Assembly (NCBI GenBank): GCA_038064415.1
Contig: JBBTTD010000005.1
Coordinates: 2,149-66,148 of the forward strand
Length of the DNA stretch: 64,000 nt
From: Patescibacteria group bacterium
GTDB taxonomy: Bacteria; Patescibacteriota; Minisyncoccia; Phycocordibacterales; PALSA-1337
Direction: 5' to 3'
Position numbers and translations under genes: made by a program. Each line of letters begins with the position of its first letter. The first letter of the stretch is position 1. Below the pieces are notes generated by a model. It had not been told where the DNA came from and did not search any database. It saw only the letters and a program-made list of their open reading frames with translations. Below are positions 19,481 through 29,900 of the stretch, piece after piece.

Positions 19481-20581
19481 CTAATTTTGAACAGAATTTT
19501 TAACCGCTTCCCTCTCGGCTATTTCAACTTTTTTATATTTCTCAATATCATGAATATATTCCATGAAAGCGGCCGAAAGGGGCACCGCGATCAACGCGCC
19601 AAGCACTCCGGCTAATTTTGCGCCGATTACCAGAGCCAAAATAACCACAATCGGCGATATGCCAACCACTTTTTTGACCACAAGCGGATAAAATAATTGG
19701 CTCTCAAATTGGTAAATAATAAGATAAAGACCAATTAAAAGAAAACCTGTGCCAATGCCATTTTCGGTGAATGCCACGAGAATCGCCGGAACTGACGCGA
19801 TCATTGGGCCAAAGACTGGGATAATTTCCAAAATTGCGGCGAATAAAGCGAGCAGTAACGCGTGTTTAATTCCGACTACCATAAGCACAAGGTATACGAG
19901 TACACCGACGACGATGCCGAGCAAAATCTGACCCTGAAGCCATAGGGCGATCTTACGCTGTGAGCGTTTCCATAAATCTATAATGTAGTTGTGATGTTTT
20001 ACCGGGGTGACTATTCGCAAGAAATCATCAACCCCATCTTCTTTAACTGCCAAATAAAATGACAAAACGATTATTAAAATCAATGACAAAAATCCTCCGA
20101 AAATAACACCCGCGGTCTTAAAGACTCCCCCGCCAGTACCCAAAATTAAATTCTGAAAACCTTTAACATATTCCGCGACCGAAATTGTTTGTCCGACCAC
20201 TGGTGGTGAATTTGAACTAAGACTAATACCAATATCACGAATCGGACTCCAAATGTCATCTAAAGATATAGTACTCGGTAGACCATTCAAAAAATCACTG
20301 GCTTCATTGAGCACTAGAGGCATAAAGAATACAACTATTCCAGCCAAGACCGTGGCAATGATAACATAGATTAAAATCACGCTGATGATTCGGTGTACTT
20401 TATGTCTCTTGAGACGACGAATTACTGGTTCAATAGCTGAAGCTAGGATGATCGCGGCCAAAACCACTAAAAGTACATCGGAAATATAGTAAGCGGCAAC
20501 CAATAATATGGCAAAAAGGAAAAATCTGACAATCGTTCCTGTATTGAGATTTATGTGAATATCTCGGGATAAGTCGGACAT
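19481..20581 (-). CDS. AI-2E family (PerM/YhhT) transporter
   Basis: Multi-TM protein with EIIPVFGP, QFES..YP, G..GALIAVP. Confidence 0.9.
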   Translation of the reverse strand: MSDLSRDIHINLNTGTIVRFFLFAILLVAAYYISDVLLVVLAAIILASAIEPVIRRLKRHKVHRIISVILIYVIIATVLAGIVVFFMPLVLNEASDFLNGLPSTISLDDIWSPIRDIGISLSSNSPPVVGQTISVAEYVKGFQNLILGTGGGVFKTAGVIFGGFLSLILIIVLSFYLAVKEDGVDDFLRIVTPVKHHNYIIDLWKRSQRKIALWLQGQILLGIVVGVLVYLVLMVVGIKHALLLALFAAILEIIPVFGPMIASVPAILVAFTENGIGTGFLLIGLYLIIYQFESQLFYPLVVKKVVGISPIVVILALVIGAKLAGVLGALIAVPLSAAFMEYIHDIEKYKKVEIAEREAVKNSVQN

Positions 20582-20600
20582 GGAATTATTGTAACGCATT

Positions 20601-20625
20601 TGTCATTCCCGCGAAAGCGGGAATC
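20601..20625. repeat. dRS3/RPE-like palindromic repeat
   Basis: tgtcattcccgcgaaagcgggaatc. Confidence 0.7.
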
Positions 20626-20644
20626 TACGGTGTCAGAATTTTCA

Positions 20645-21913
20645 TCAAAATGAAAAATAACTCTTAAATCCTTCCCCGTCCTTAAACTTCCCCACCACCG
20701 CCATATTCAATCCTCCATTAATAAAAATTTCTCTGGCCAATTTTCGCACATCTTTTACCGTGACTTTTTCCACCTTTTTAATAATTTCTTCCGGCAACTC
20801 AATTTTCTTTTTCAAAATCTCCTGACCACCGCAAAATTCAGCGCGCGCTTCGGAAGTCTCAAGTTCCAGCATTGTGGTGCCAGCAATATAATCCTTGGCT
20901 TTTTTAAGCTCCGCCGCCGAAACCAGTTCATCTCTAAACTTTCTGCATTGCGCCAAAATTTCCTTGACGGCTTCTTCAACACGACTATTATCCACGCCCG
21001 CGGAAATAGTTAGAACTCCATGATCAGTAAATGGATCATGATTGGTTTTGACATAATAGCAAAGACCGAGCTCATCACGCATTCTGGTAAAGAGACGCGA
21101 GCTCATGCCTTTTCCTAGAATCGTGGACAAAACATGCATGACTGGTATCCTCTTATCTAAAATCGGAAAAGTCCTGACGCCGATAACTAGATGGGTCTGA
21201 TCTGTTTCTTTGAATTCAGTCTGAATTTTTGGCGCCTCTTGAGATTCTGTGACTTTGATCTTGTCACTCTTTTTGCCTGAATACATCTTTGCGTAAGCTC
21301 TTTTTATTTTCGCGATACAGTCTTTTTCATCAAATGAACCGGAAACTACAACTGTGGTGGCGCTACTGACATAATGTTGGTCGCGATAATCTACTAAAAC
21401 ATCACGAGTAAATGCTTTGACGTTTTTTTCCGTACCGGCAATAGACCACCCAGCGGGCTGATTTTCGTAGAGGACTTCCATGAATATTTCCTGAACTCTA
21501 GATTGCGGCATATCATTGTACATTCTGATTTCCTCAACAATCACTCCTTTTTCTTTTTCCATTTCTTTCGCCGGAAAAAGTGGGTTTAGATACATATCAG
21601 AAACAATATCTAAAATGGTATCCATATGGCGCGAATCGGCTTTAGCATAGTAGCCGGTATATTCATGGCCGGTAAAAGCGTTGTATTGGGCGCCGATGCT
21701 ATCTAACTCGCGGGAAATATCACCACTTTTAGGTCGTCTAGGAGTCCCCTTGAAAACCATGTGTTCCAAAAAATGTGAAATGCCATTGTTTTTTTTATTT
21801 TCATACTTTGATCCCGCTTCAACCATGACTAAAACAGTGACAGATGGGTTGTCTGTCATAGGAATCGTGATAATACGCAGACCATTCTTGAGAGTAGTTT
21901 TATTGAATCTCAT
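20645..21913 (-). CDS. M16 family (pitrilysin-like) zinc peptidase
   Basis: GISHFLEHMVFKGT inverted zinc motif, NAFT, SSRLF. Confidence 0.95.
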   Translation of the reverse strand: MRFNKTTLKNGLRIITIPMTDNPSVTVLVMVEAGSKYENKKNNGISHFLEHMVFKGTPRRPKSGDISRELDSIGAQYNAFTGHEYTGYYAKADSRHMDTILDIVSDMYLNPLFPAKEMEKEKGVIVEEIRMYNDMPQSRVQEIFMEVLYENQPAGWSIAGTEKNVKAFTRDVLVDYRDQHYVSSATTVVVSGSFDEKDCIAKIKRAYAKMYSGKKSDKIKVTESQEAPKIQTEFKETDQTHLVIGVRTFPILDKRIPVMHVLSTILGKGMSSRLFTRMRDELGLCYYVKTNHDPFTDHGVLTISAGVDNSRVEEAVKEILAQCRKFRDELVSAAELKKAKDYIAGTTMLELETSEARAEFCGGQEILKKKIELPEEIIKKVEKVTVKDVRKLAREIFINGGLNMAVVGKFKDGEGFKSYFSF

Positions 21914-21997
21914 AGGGTAAATGTAACAGAAAACTTATAAATAGACTAACTTTTCTATATATTCTCGTAAAATAATATACCACACCCCAATTAAAAA

Positions 21998-22027
21998 TGT
22001 CCCGCGCTTTTGGAAAAGCGCGGGACA
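21998..22027 (-). terminator. GC-rich hairpin downstream of the DGR target-like gene (terminator and/or DGR recognition hairpin)
   Basis: tgtcccgcgctttt-gg-aaaagcgcgggaca, followed by a T run on the minus strand. Confidence 0.7.
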
Positions 22028-22083
22028 AGAGCAAAAGTCAAAGTACAAAGCGCAGAAAGTGCACAGTGACCCAGTCTTGAGAA

Positions 22084-22734
22084 CTAACTTGCGGACACCA
22101 CGGCCGGACAGTCGTCGCCCCAGTCACCGTCAAGCCAACTGCAGCCCCAGCCCCACCTGCCGCCGCCCCAAGAGAGGTAACGGACATAGAGGCGGCCATC
22201 GGAGCTGCGGTAGATTGTACCCCAGAAAAAGATGTAGTGAGTGTTTTCCTTTTCATCTTTTTTCCACATCTCGGGAATGAGGTGCGGATTCTTGAGTAAA
22301 TAGTCCAGAACATTGGCGTTCAAGACCGGTTGTTTGGCGAGGTCTTTACGGAGCTCGTCACCTACGATGACATTTCTTTTCTTTTGTGGCTTAGACAGAT
22401 AGAAGTCAATTTTCTTACCGTCTAGGTAAAGATCATCACCTTTCCGTTCTAGCTTCGCCACCTTACCTTTCCGGTGCTCTTCCACCTTCCAACCATCGGG
22501 TAGGAACGGATCCGTACCAAGGTCTATGGCGTGTTCAATCGGTTTGATTTCGGCGTGGCCTAGTTGAACATTCCTCACATTGGCGAGAAAATCTCCCTTT
22601 GTAAGTCCTTTGACTTCGTCCAACGACTGAAAGCCGTTGCGATTGAGTGCATGCTCAATTTCTTGAGCCAAACCGACACTAAGACTGATTAACTTGTCAC
22701 TCATATGACTTGTCTTTCTAATAGTTGTGGACAT
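22084..22734 (-). CDS. DGR target-like variable protein with a C-terminal variable region
   Basis: C-terminus FWGTIYRSSDGRLYVRYLSWGGGRWGWGCSWLDGDWGDDCPAVVSAS; adenine-poor, GC-rich tract of NNC/NNT codons. Confidence 0.75.
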   Translation of the reverse strand: MSTTIRKTSHMSDKLISLSVGLAQEIEHALNRNGFQSLDEVKGLTKGDFLANVRNVQLGHAEIKPIEHAIDLGTDPFLPDGWKVEEHRKGKVAKLERKGDDLYLDGKKIDFYLSKPQKKRNVIVGDELRKDLAKQPVLNANVLDYLLKNPHLIPEMWKKDEKENTHYIFFWGTIYRSSDGRLYVRYLSWGGGRWGWGCSWLDGDWGDDCPAVVSAS

Positions 22735-22862
22735 GTTCAAATTATAAACTCGTCCAACTGTTGGGCTTGCAGTGTAGCTTCGCCACAGCAGATAATGGCC
22801 TAAAATAAGCCACTTTCTGCCATGGCGAATGCAAGTTAGAATATCAAAGAACTATTGGGGTA

Positions 22863-24236
22863 TTATAGCATATCTGACTTGATTTTGTCAAGTAATTCCC
22901 CTTCACCAACCCTCTCCTGCTTACCAGTATCTCTATCTCTCATTGTCACCCCGTTGCCTTTTTCAATAGTCTCAAAATCAATCGTAATGCAATACGGCGT
23001 GCCGATCTCATCTTGTCGGCGATAGCGTTTGCCAATGTTGCCATTGTCGTCAAAAGTCACGGCTGGAATTACTTTTTTAATTGTTTTGTAAATTTCTTCG
23101 GCCTTCTTGACTAATTCTGGTTTATTTCGCAAAAGTGGAAATACCGCGACCTTATAAGGCGCGACCGATGGAGTAAGTCTCAAAAATACGCGCTTTTCTT
23201 GCTTAGTCAACTTGGCTTCAGCTGAAGTAGATTGATTTTCATCTGACGCGCCAGCACTTCCCATTTCATCTTCCGTATACGCATCCGCCAATATTGCTAA
23301 TACGGTGCGATCCAATCCAAATGACGGCTCAATGCAATGTGGAAAAAATCTTTCTTTGGTCTCATCATCATAATATGACAAATCAACCTTGCTGAATTCT
23401 GAATGTTGTTTCAAATCAAAATCAGCGCGATACGCGAGACCATACAATTCTTTTCTGCCAAAAGGAAAATCAAACTCAAAATCAATCGTCCGTTTTGAGT
23501 AATGGGCGCGTTCGCCATCAGGTACTTCTAGTTCGTGAACTTTTTTTGAATCCAACCCAAGTTCTGAAATAAAAGCTTTCATTTCGTCGCGGAAATGTTC
23601 AAAGGTTTTCTCCCAATCTTTTGGATTGACGAAATATTCTATCTCCATCTGCTCAAATTCACGCGCACGGAACAGAAAATCCCGCGGAGCAATCTCATTC
23701 CGAAAGGCCTTCCCTATTTGCGCCATACCGAATGGAAGTTTTGGATGAAATGTATCTAAAATGTTTTTGAAATTCACGAACATTCCTTGAGCAGTCTCCG
23801 GACGAAGATATGAAATTGAAGCGGTGTTTTCGCCGGCGCCGACATGCGTCTTGAACATCATGTTGAATTGTTTAACTTCACCAAGTTGTCCTCCACAATC
23901 GGAACATTTCTCAGCATCAGAAATCTGATCAGCGCGAAAACGATGTTTGCATTTTTTGCACTCAACCAAAGGATCCGCAAATCCGTCTACATGACCGCTT
24001 GCCTCCCAAGTTTTTTGATTCATGAGAATGGCGGCATCGGTAGCATACATATCATCACGATTTTCAACGAAACGATTCCACCAGACTTTTTTGATGTTAT
24101 TCTTCAAAGCTACACCCAGTGGCCCATAATCCCACATGCCAGCCAATCCACCATAAATATCAGAACCAGGAAAAATAAAACCTCGGCGCTTGCACAGGGC
24201 GACTAACAAATCCATGACATTTTCTTTTTTTACCAT
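22863..24236 (-). CDS. glyQS: Glycyl-tRNA synthetase, alpha2 (eukaryote/archaea-like) type
   Basis: KRRGF, DYGPLG, LRPETAQG, FRNEI.PR, REFEQMEIEYF, IEPSFG, IGKRYRRQDEIGTP. Confidence 0.97.
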   Translation of the reverse strand: MVKKENVMDLLVALCKRRGFIFPGSDIYGGLAGMWDYGPLGVALKNNIKKVWWNRFVENRDDMYATDAAILMNQKTWEASGHVDGFADPLVECKKCKHRFRADQISDAEKCSDCGGQLGEVKQFNMMFKTHVGAGENTASISYLRPETAQGMFVNFKNILDTFHPKLPFGMAQIGKAFRNEIAPRDFLFRAREFEQMEIEYFVNPKDWEKTFEHFRDEMKAFISELGLDSKKVHELEVPDGERAHYSKRTIDFEFDFPFGRKELYGLAYRADFDLKQHSEFSKVDLSYYDDETKERFFPHCIEPSFGLDRTVLAILADAYTEDEMGSAGASDENQSTSAEAKLTKQEKRVFLRLTPSVAPYKVAVFPLLRNKPELVKKAEEIYKTIKKVIPAVTFDDNGNIGKRYRRQDEIGTPYCITIDFETIEKGNGVTMRDRDTGKQERVGEGELLDKIKSDML

Positions 24237-24293
24237 GGAGACATTCTATAACAAAAAAGAAGAATTACCAACGAAGGATATATTTTACTGCCA

Positions 24294-26240
24294 TCACTTA
24301 ACAACCACCCCCTGTCCATCCTTATAGTTCGGATCTGTACTAAAACGCGTGGAAAGATAATCTTGTTTGCTCTGAAGTTGCGCTCCCGTGAAGCTATCGG
24401 TAGCCGTAAGTATGGATTGATTAACCAAAGTCGGATTGTCTCCTTCTTGAATAACACTTGGCAAGAATGAGATTTGGAAATTGACTTCTCTCCTTCTAGA
24501 TGAATCAATCGTGTAGGTACTGACATTGCCGATATTCCAAGTCACTGTTCCACTATTTTCATCATAAGTAACCGACTCACTTGAAGGACTGACGACATTC
24601 AGCCATTTAACATATGGCGGCAAGGTGGCGATAACTTTGGCACCACCAACCGCGCTTGAAGTATTATCAACTGTCCAAACTACCGTATAAGTCGTCGGTT
24701 GTTCAACTTTTGGAGGAACTGGTCCTGTATTCGTAAATGGTCCGATAGTGCGCACAACGCGACCTGTTAGAGAAACATTGGAAGATACTCGGGTCGTTCT
24801 AGAAACCGAAGAAGAGAGCACGCTTGGTACATTTGATTCTTGAGTGCGATTGCCGGCAACACCGGCGGTAAAAGTAATGATTGGGTTAACGATTGGATTG
24901 GTAACGGTACTTTTGTCAGTGGGTATTATTGAGAAAGATACTGTACCGCTTTTCCCGGCGTCCACGGAAGCAAAATCACTATTAGTTTGTTGACTCCAAA
25001 TAATCTCATCTGTGGCGGAATTGTAGTAACCAACATCTGGCGCGACGGATGTTTTTTCATAAGCAGATCCAGAAAGTTTAACGGTGATTACCATGTTTGA
25101 AACCGTAGTCGTCAAATTATTGAACCAACCGACGCTGATACGCTCACTCCGACCAAACTGACTGACAAAATCACTTGAAGCGTCATTACCATCAATCAAT
25201 ATGCCCAAAGAAATAAACGGTTTCTGAATAGTCATGATTTGATCGGTGGACATGTATTGCGTGCCGATTGATTTTGGATCAGTTGAACTCTGCGCGCCCG
25301 CGATGAAACGAAATACTCGTGTATCATTATCTTCACCCTGAATCTTTCCGCGAATAGTCACTATTCGTTCTCCACCAGGTGGAATATCGCCAATTTTCCA
25401 AGTAGCATTGTCAGAAAGTGATTTGATGTCGGCTGATATAAAACTGAAACCAAAAGGATAACTGGCCTTCAGTAAAACATTTTTAAGGACATCCTGGGAA
25501 TTTGATCTGAGACTGACCTTCATGTCAAATTCTTGACCAGAAGTGATTTCATTAAACGAAGAAGCCGTCAAAAGTATTGGCGAGGAATTGATCAAAACAT
25601 CGTAGGAAGTCTTTTTGGTAAATAAAGAGCTTGATCCTTTTATTTTATAAGTAACGCTGACTTCAATAGATTTTTGGAGATTTTCTTCACCAAACATTAT
25701 GGCACTAACTGTTTTGCGCGCGGAACCGCCCGCAGGAATGTCACCGAACAATTCGCGAAATGTTTTCAATTCTTGAGTGGAATCTTTGGAATCGGTCGTA
25801 CCAGCGGGAAAATCAATCGCCAAGTCAGCGCCCTGCAAATCAACATTGTTTTTATTCAAAACAGTTATATCAAATGAAACGATCGCTCCGCCCGGAATGG
25901 AAACAGGGCCACTGATGGAAATATCTATATTATTCGCGGAAATGAGATTGGAACCATTATAAAAAATGTAAGCCCCAATGCCGACGGCGACAATACAAAA
26001 TATCAGTGAGCCAATCAATAGTTTTGTAAAAAATGACATGGAATGATCTTCATAATGCGTGTTTAAAATAGGTTTGAGATCTTCATCTTTGGGGTGTTCC
26101 CAATCGGTTCTAACTTGACTATCACTGGGCGTGAAGCGAAGTTTGCGGCGAGTCCGTACATCAGGAGTATTGCGCGAATACAGCGATTTTTTCAACTCCT
26201 CTATACGATTTTTCTCTTCACTTGGGGGCATATCAATCAA
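24294..26240 (-). CDS. Membrane-anchored protein with repeated Ig-like (DUF11-like) domains
   Basis: One TM helix near residue 75, then repeated beta domains with W.IG.IP.G motifs. Confidence 0.75.
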   Translation of the reverse strand: MIDMPPSEEKNRIEELKKSLYSRNTPDVRTRRKLRFTPSDSQVRTDWEHPKDEDLKPILNTHYEDHSMSFFTKLLIGSLIFCIVAVGIGAYIFYNGSNLISANNIDISISGPVSIPGGAIVSFDITVLNKNNVDLQGADLAIDFPAGTTDSKDSTQELKTFRELFGDIPAGGSARKTVSAIMFGEENLQKSIEVSVTYKIKGSSSLFTKKTSYDVLINSSPILLTASSFNEITSGQEFDMKVSLRSNSQDVLKNVLLKASYPFGFSFISADIKSLSDNATWKIGDIPPGGERIVTIRGKIQGEDNDTRVFRFIAGAQSSTDPKSIGTQYMSTDQIMTIQKPFISLGILIDGNDASSDFVSQFGRSERISVGWFNNLTTTVSNMVITVKLSGSAYEKTSVAPDVGYYNSATDEIIWSQQTNSDFASVDAGKSGTVSFSIIPTDKSTVTNPIVNPIITFTAGVAGNRTQESNVPSVLSSSVSRTTRVSSNVSLTGRVVRTIGPFTNTGPVPPKVEQPTTYTVVWTVDNTSSAVGGAKVIATLPPYVKWLNVVSPSSESVTYDENSGTVTWNIGNVSTYTIDSSRRREVNFQISFLPSVIQEGDNPTLVNQSILTATDSFTGAQLQSKQDYLSTRFSTDPNYKDGQGVVVK

Positions 26241-26301
26241 TTATACAATGATCAATAACCAATGACCAATGGTTTATACGCGCGAAAATACGATGACGAT
26301 T

Positions 26302-26961
26302 TCAGAGGTGTGACTCTTTCAAGGCCTTATTTATATGTGCGTTGATATTCATTCTTTGCGAACCAACTTCATCTAATAGTTGAACACCTAAATTGTCGGC
26401 CGTAATTTTTGGATTTAATTTTTTATCTGCGCCAATGTATCCAAGCAGATGTAAAATCCTAAAAACAATAACTGATTCAGTAGTTTTCAATCGTATGTCC
26501 GACAAATCCTCTGAACTCTCAATAAAAGCGAAAGATTTTTCAATATGGTCAAACAATTCCGGATGCGCCTCTTCGCCATGGAGCAATCGACGCAGAAGCA
26601 GAACTATTCTGCCAATAATCTCTTTTAATTCACTGCTATTTTTAGCTTTCTCATTTTTTTGTTTTCCTGTCGCCCTTATCGCATTTCGCCCGTCCCAATT
26701 TGTTTCTTGCGACTTTCTACTCTCATCTCGCAACTGATTCGCATTCGTCAATCGCCAATACTCTTTTCCTCTAACAAAAGAAAATTCACCAAAAGAATAC
26801 TCTTGGGAATGAAAGCGTAATTTTGACTTTTCTAATCGTATTCCTTGCGCACTGACCATTATCAGACCTAGATCTCTGGTAAAAATAGAGAAAACTTTTC
26901 CAGACTCACCTCTTGGTCTAGATTCAATGATGAAGCCGGGGGTTGTAGTTACCAAATACAT
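26302..26961 (-). CDS. recO: DNA repair protein RecO
   Basis: N-terminal OB fold: GE......IFT.DLG....A.GIR..KSKL; LL..LG. Confidence 0.85.
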   Translation of the reverse strand: MYLVTTTPGFIIESRPRGESGKVFSIFTRDLGLIMVSAQGIRLEKSKLRFHSQEYSFGEFSFVRGKEYWRLTNANQLRDESRKSQETNWDGRNAIRATGKQKNEKAKNSSELKEIIGRIVLLLRRLLHGEEAHPELFDHIEKSFAFIESSEDLSDIRLKTTESVIVFRILHLLGYIGADKKLNPKITADNLGVQLLDEVGSQRMNINAHINKALKESHL

Positions 26962-26963
26962 GA

Positions 26964-29900
26964 CTAAATATCTAACTTAAAAGTTGATCCACCAACGATT
27001 ATTCCCTCTTTTTGTATAGGTTTGAATGTAATGTCACCAAGCAAGCTCACTGATGAAATTTTCGTACTATTTTTCTCAATAAATTTTCTACCCGCATCAT
27101 CAGTTTCAATCAAAAGAATCACTTTATCATTTACGCTTAAACCTTTCTCCTTGCGCAAGTCTTGAATAGCACGAATAAGCTCGCGAACCATGCCCTCTTC
27201 TTTCAATTCTGGAGTAATATTCACATCAAGCTGTACATCTGTTTCAATCTTTGCTCCAAAGGCAATCTCTTTGACATTAACTTCATCTTTTATTAGATCA
27301 ACGAGTTGACTATTGACCATTGAACCTTGGTCATTCTTAATCCTCAAAGATTGAAGTGGTTGTCTGACATTGATCTTTGTCATCATTCGCGCCTCAAGAC
27401 CTTTGGAAGCCAGATCTCTAACCAGTTTCATACTTTTAATCAGTTCCGAGTCAACAGCACCAGCCGTCGGCCATAATTCCAAATGGACGCTTTGAATGGA
27501 GTCGCTATTTGAACCATTTATGTCATCCCTGATTTGTAATTCTTGGTTTTTGATTTTTCTGTATATTTCCTCCGCGATAAACGGCGTAAACGGCGCGAGC
27601 AACTTTGAAACCTGAAGTAAAATAAATCTGGTCGTCTCAAGCGCTGAATTTTTATCTGATTCATTATCGCCCTTGAATCGCTCACGCGACCTCCTCAAAT
27701 ACCAAGTAGAAATATCGTCGGTAAGATCCATTAGTGGCCAAGAAGCGCGATCAAGTTCACCGGATTCAAGTCCGACGGTCACGGCTGTGATAGTTTCATT
27801 CAGTCGCGCGATAATCCATTGATCTAGTACATTTTGTGATTCTACTTTTGACTTTTGACTTTTGACTTTTGACTGATCTTTATACATCTCATAAAACGAC
27901 ACGACATTTAACAATCGGTTGATCAATTTTTTTGTTATTTCATCAACCCCCTTTTCACTGAATCGCAAATCCTGCCCACGAACAACTGGTGAAGACAATA
28001 AATAGTAACGCAATGAATCCGCGCCATATTTATCAACAAGAGACATCGGATTAGGATAATTATTTTTCCTTTTTGCCATCTTCTGCCCATCTTCTGCCAA
28101 GACTAAACCATTAACAATAACTTTTTTGTATGGGGCCTTGCCAAATAAAGCCACCCCTAAAACGAGCATTGAGTAGAACCAGCCACGAGTCTGGTCTACC
28201 CCTTCCGCGATGAAATCAGCCGGATAGCCCTGCGATTTTTTGAACCAACTGGATTCTGGTTCAAATATCCGTGCGAATCTACCTTGTGTGTCCTGCGCAC
28301 TCTCAAACGGATAATGATTTTCTCCATAAGGCATAGATCCCGACTCAAGCCAGCAATCAAAGACATCTGGTACTCTAACTAATTTATTTCCTTCGGAAGT
28401 TTTTAATCCCAAATCGTCAATAAATGGTCTATGTAGATCAAGTTCATATTCGGAATTGTGTGGCAGTGGCGTGAAATCAAGTTTTTTTACTTCGGCATTC
28501 AAAAGAAATTCTTCGTGTCCACGAAATATTAGACTTTGTTCACGATTCATCCCTTGCGCCACGGTCATTAAAAGAAATCCCGGGGTCTCGTGAGTTATTA
28601 TTAGAATATTTTTGTCCTGATATTTTCGCTCCAAATCATAAAGAAAATCACCCATGCGTTTTTTGATCTCAACATAAGTCTCGCCGCCTTCTGGACTAAC
28701 TACAAAACGATCCTTGTCCGCGAATTGCTTAAAAAATAATTCAATACTTTTGCCATCCATAACGCCACTTTCCATCTCACGGATTCTATCGTCGGTACGA
28801 ATAATATTTTTGTTCCAACCAAGTCTATCGCGTAAAATTTCCATAGTATCTTGCGTACGCACAAATGGAGAAACAAAAACCAAGTCAAATTTGATGTTAC
28901 TCAATGATTTGGCGGCTTTTTCTACCTGTTGTCTACCGTTCAGTGTCAAATGATTTGGCGCCTTAGAATCTCCACTCAAAATACCTTCAACATTACTATC
29001 CGCCTCGCCATGGCGCATTATCCAATAATTATTTTTGGCCTTACTGAATTTCTTCAAATCTCCAACAGAACCCATAACATGATATCTTTCGCGTGATTCT
29101 TGAGTGTCATTTCGCGCTTTTGACTTTTCATCTTTTTCTTCCTTCCACACCGGTATCGGAGCACCCCAAAACCTAGAACGCGAAATCGCCCAATCACGCG
29201 CCCCTTCCAGCCAATTGCCAAATCGCGCCGAACCAACCTCGGGTGGCACCCAAGTAATTTTTTTGTTTTCCGCGACCAGTTTGTCTCTGATATCCGTGAC
29301 TTTCACAAACCAAGACGAGGTGGCGTAATTTAAAAGAGGCGTATCACAGCGCCAACAATGCGGATATGGGTGAACTAGTTTTTCCTTGGCAAAAAGTAAA
29401 TCTTTGCGCGCCAAAAATTTAATTATTTCAATATCTGTTTTTTGATGAGCATCTTTTTCATTTTCTGTATCTATCGGTTTGACACGCAATCCCGCGAAAT
29501 CAGTAACCTCTTTTTTGAATGTTCCGTCAATTGAAACATGTTGGACAAATGGTAAATTGTTCTTTAATGATAGGTCATAATCATCAGCGCCAAATGCTGG
29601 AGCAATATGAACAATGCCCGTACCATCTTCTGTTGTGACAAAATCCGCGCCGTAAATCTTCCAGCCATGTTCGCGATTTTTTAGATTCGGATCTCTTGAA
29701 TAATAATCAAAAAGTGGTTTGTAGGATTTGCCAATTAATGATAAACCTTTGAAAGATTCAACAACTTCGTATTTTTTGTCCTTCAGCACAGAAAGTTGAT
29801 TTCTTGCGAGAATGAAAAACTTGGATAAATTAGTTATGTCGTCAATAATTCTAATCTTCACATAATCAATATTGGTACTGATTGCCAAAGCCACATTCCC

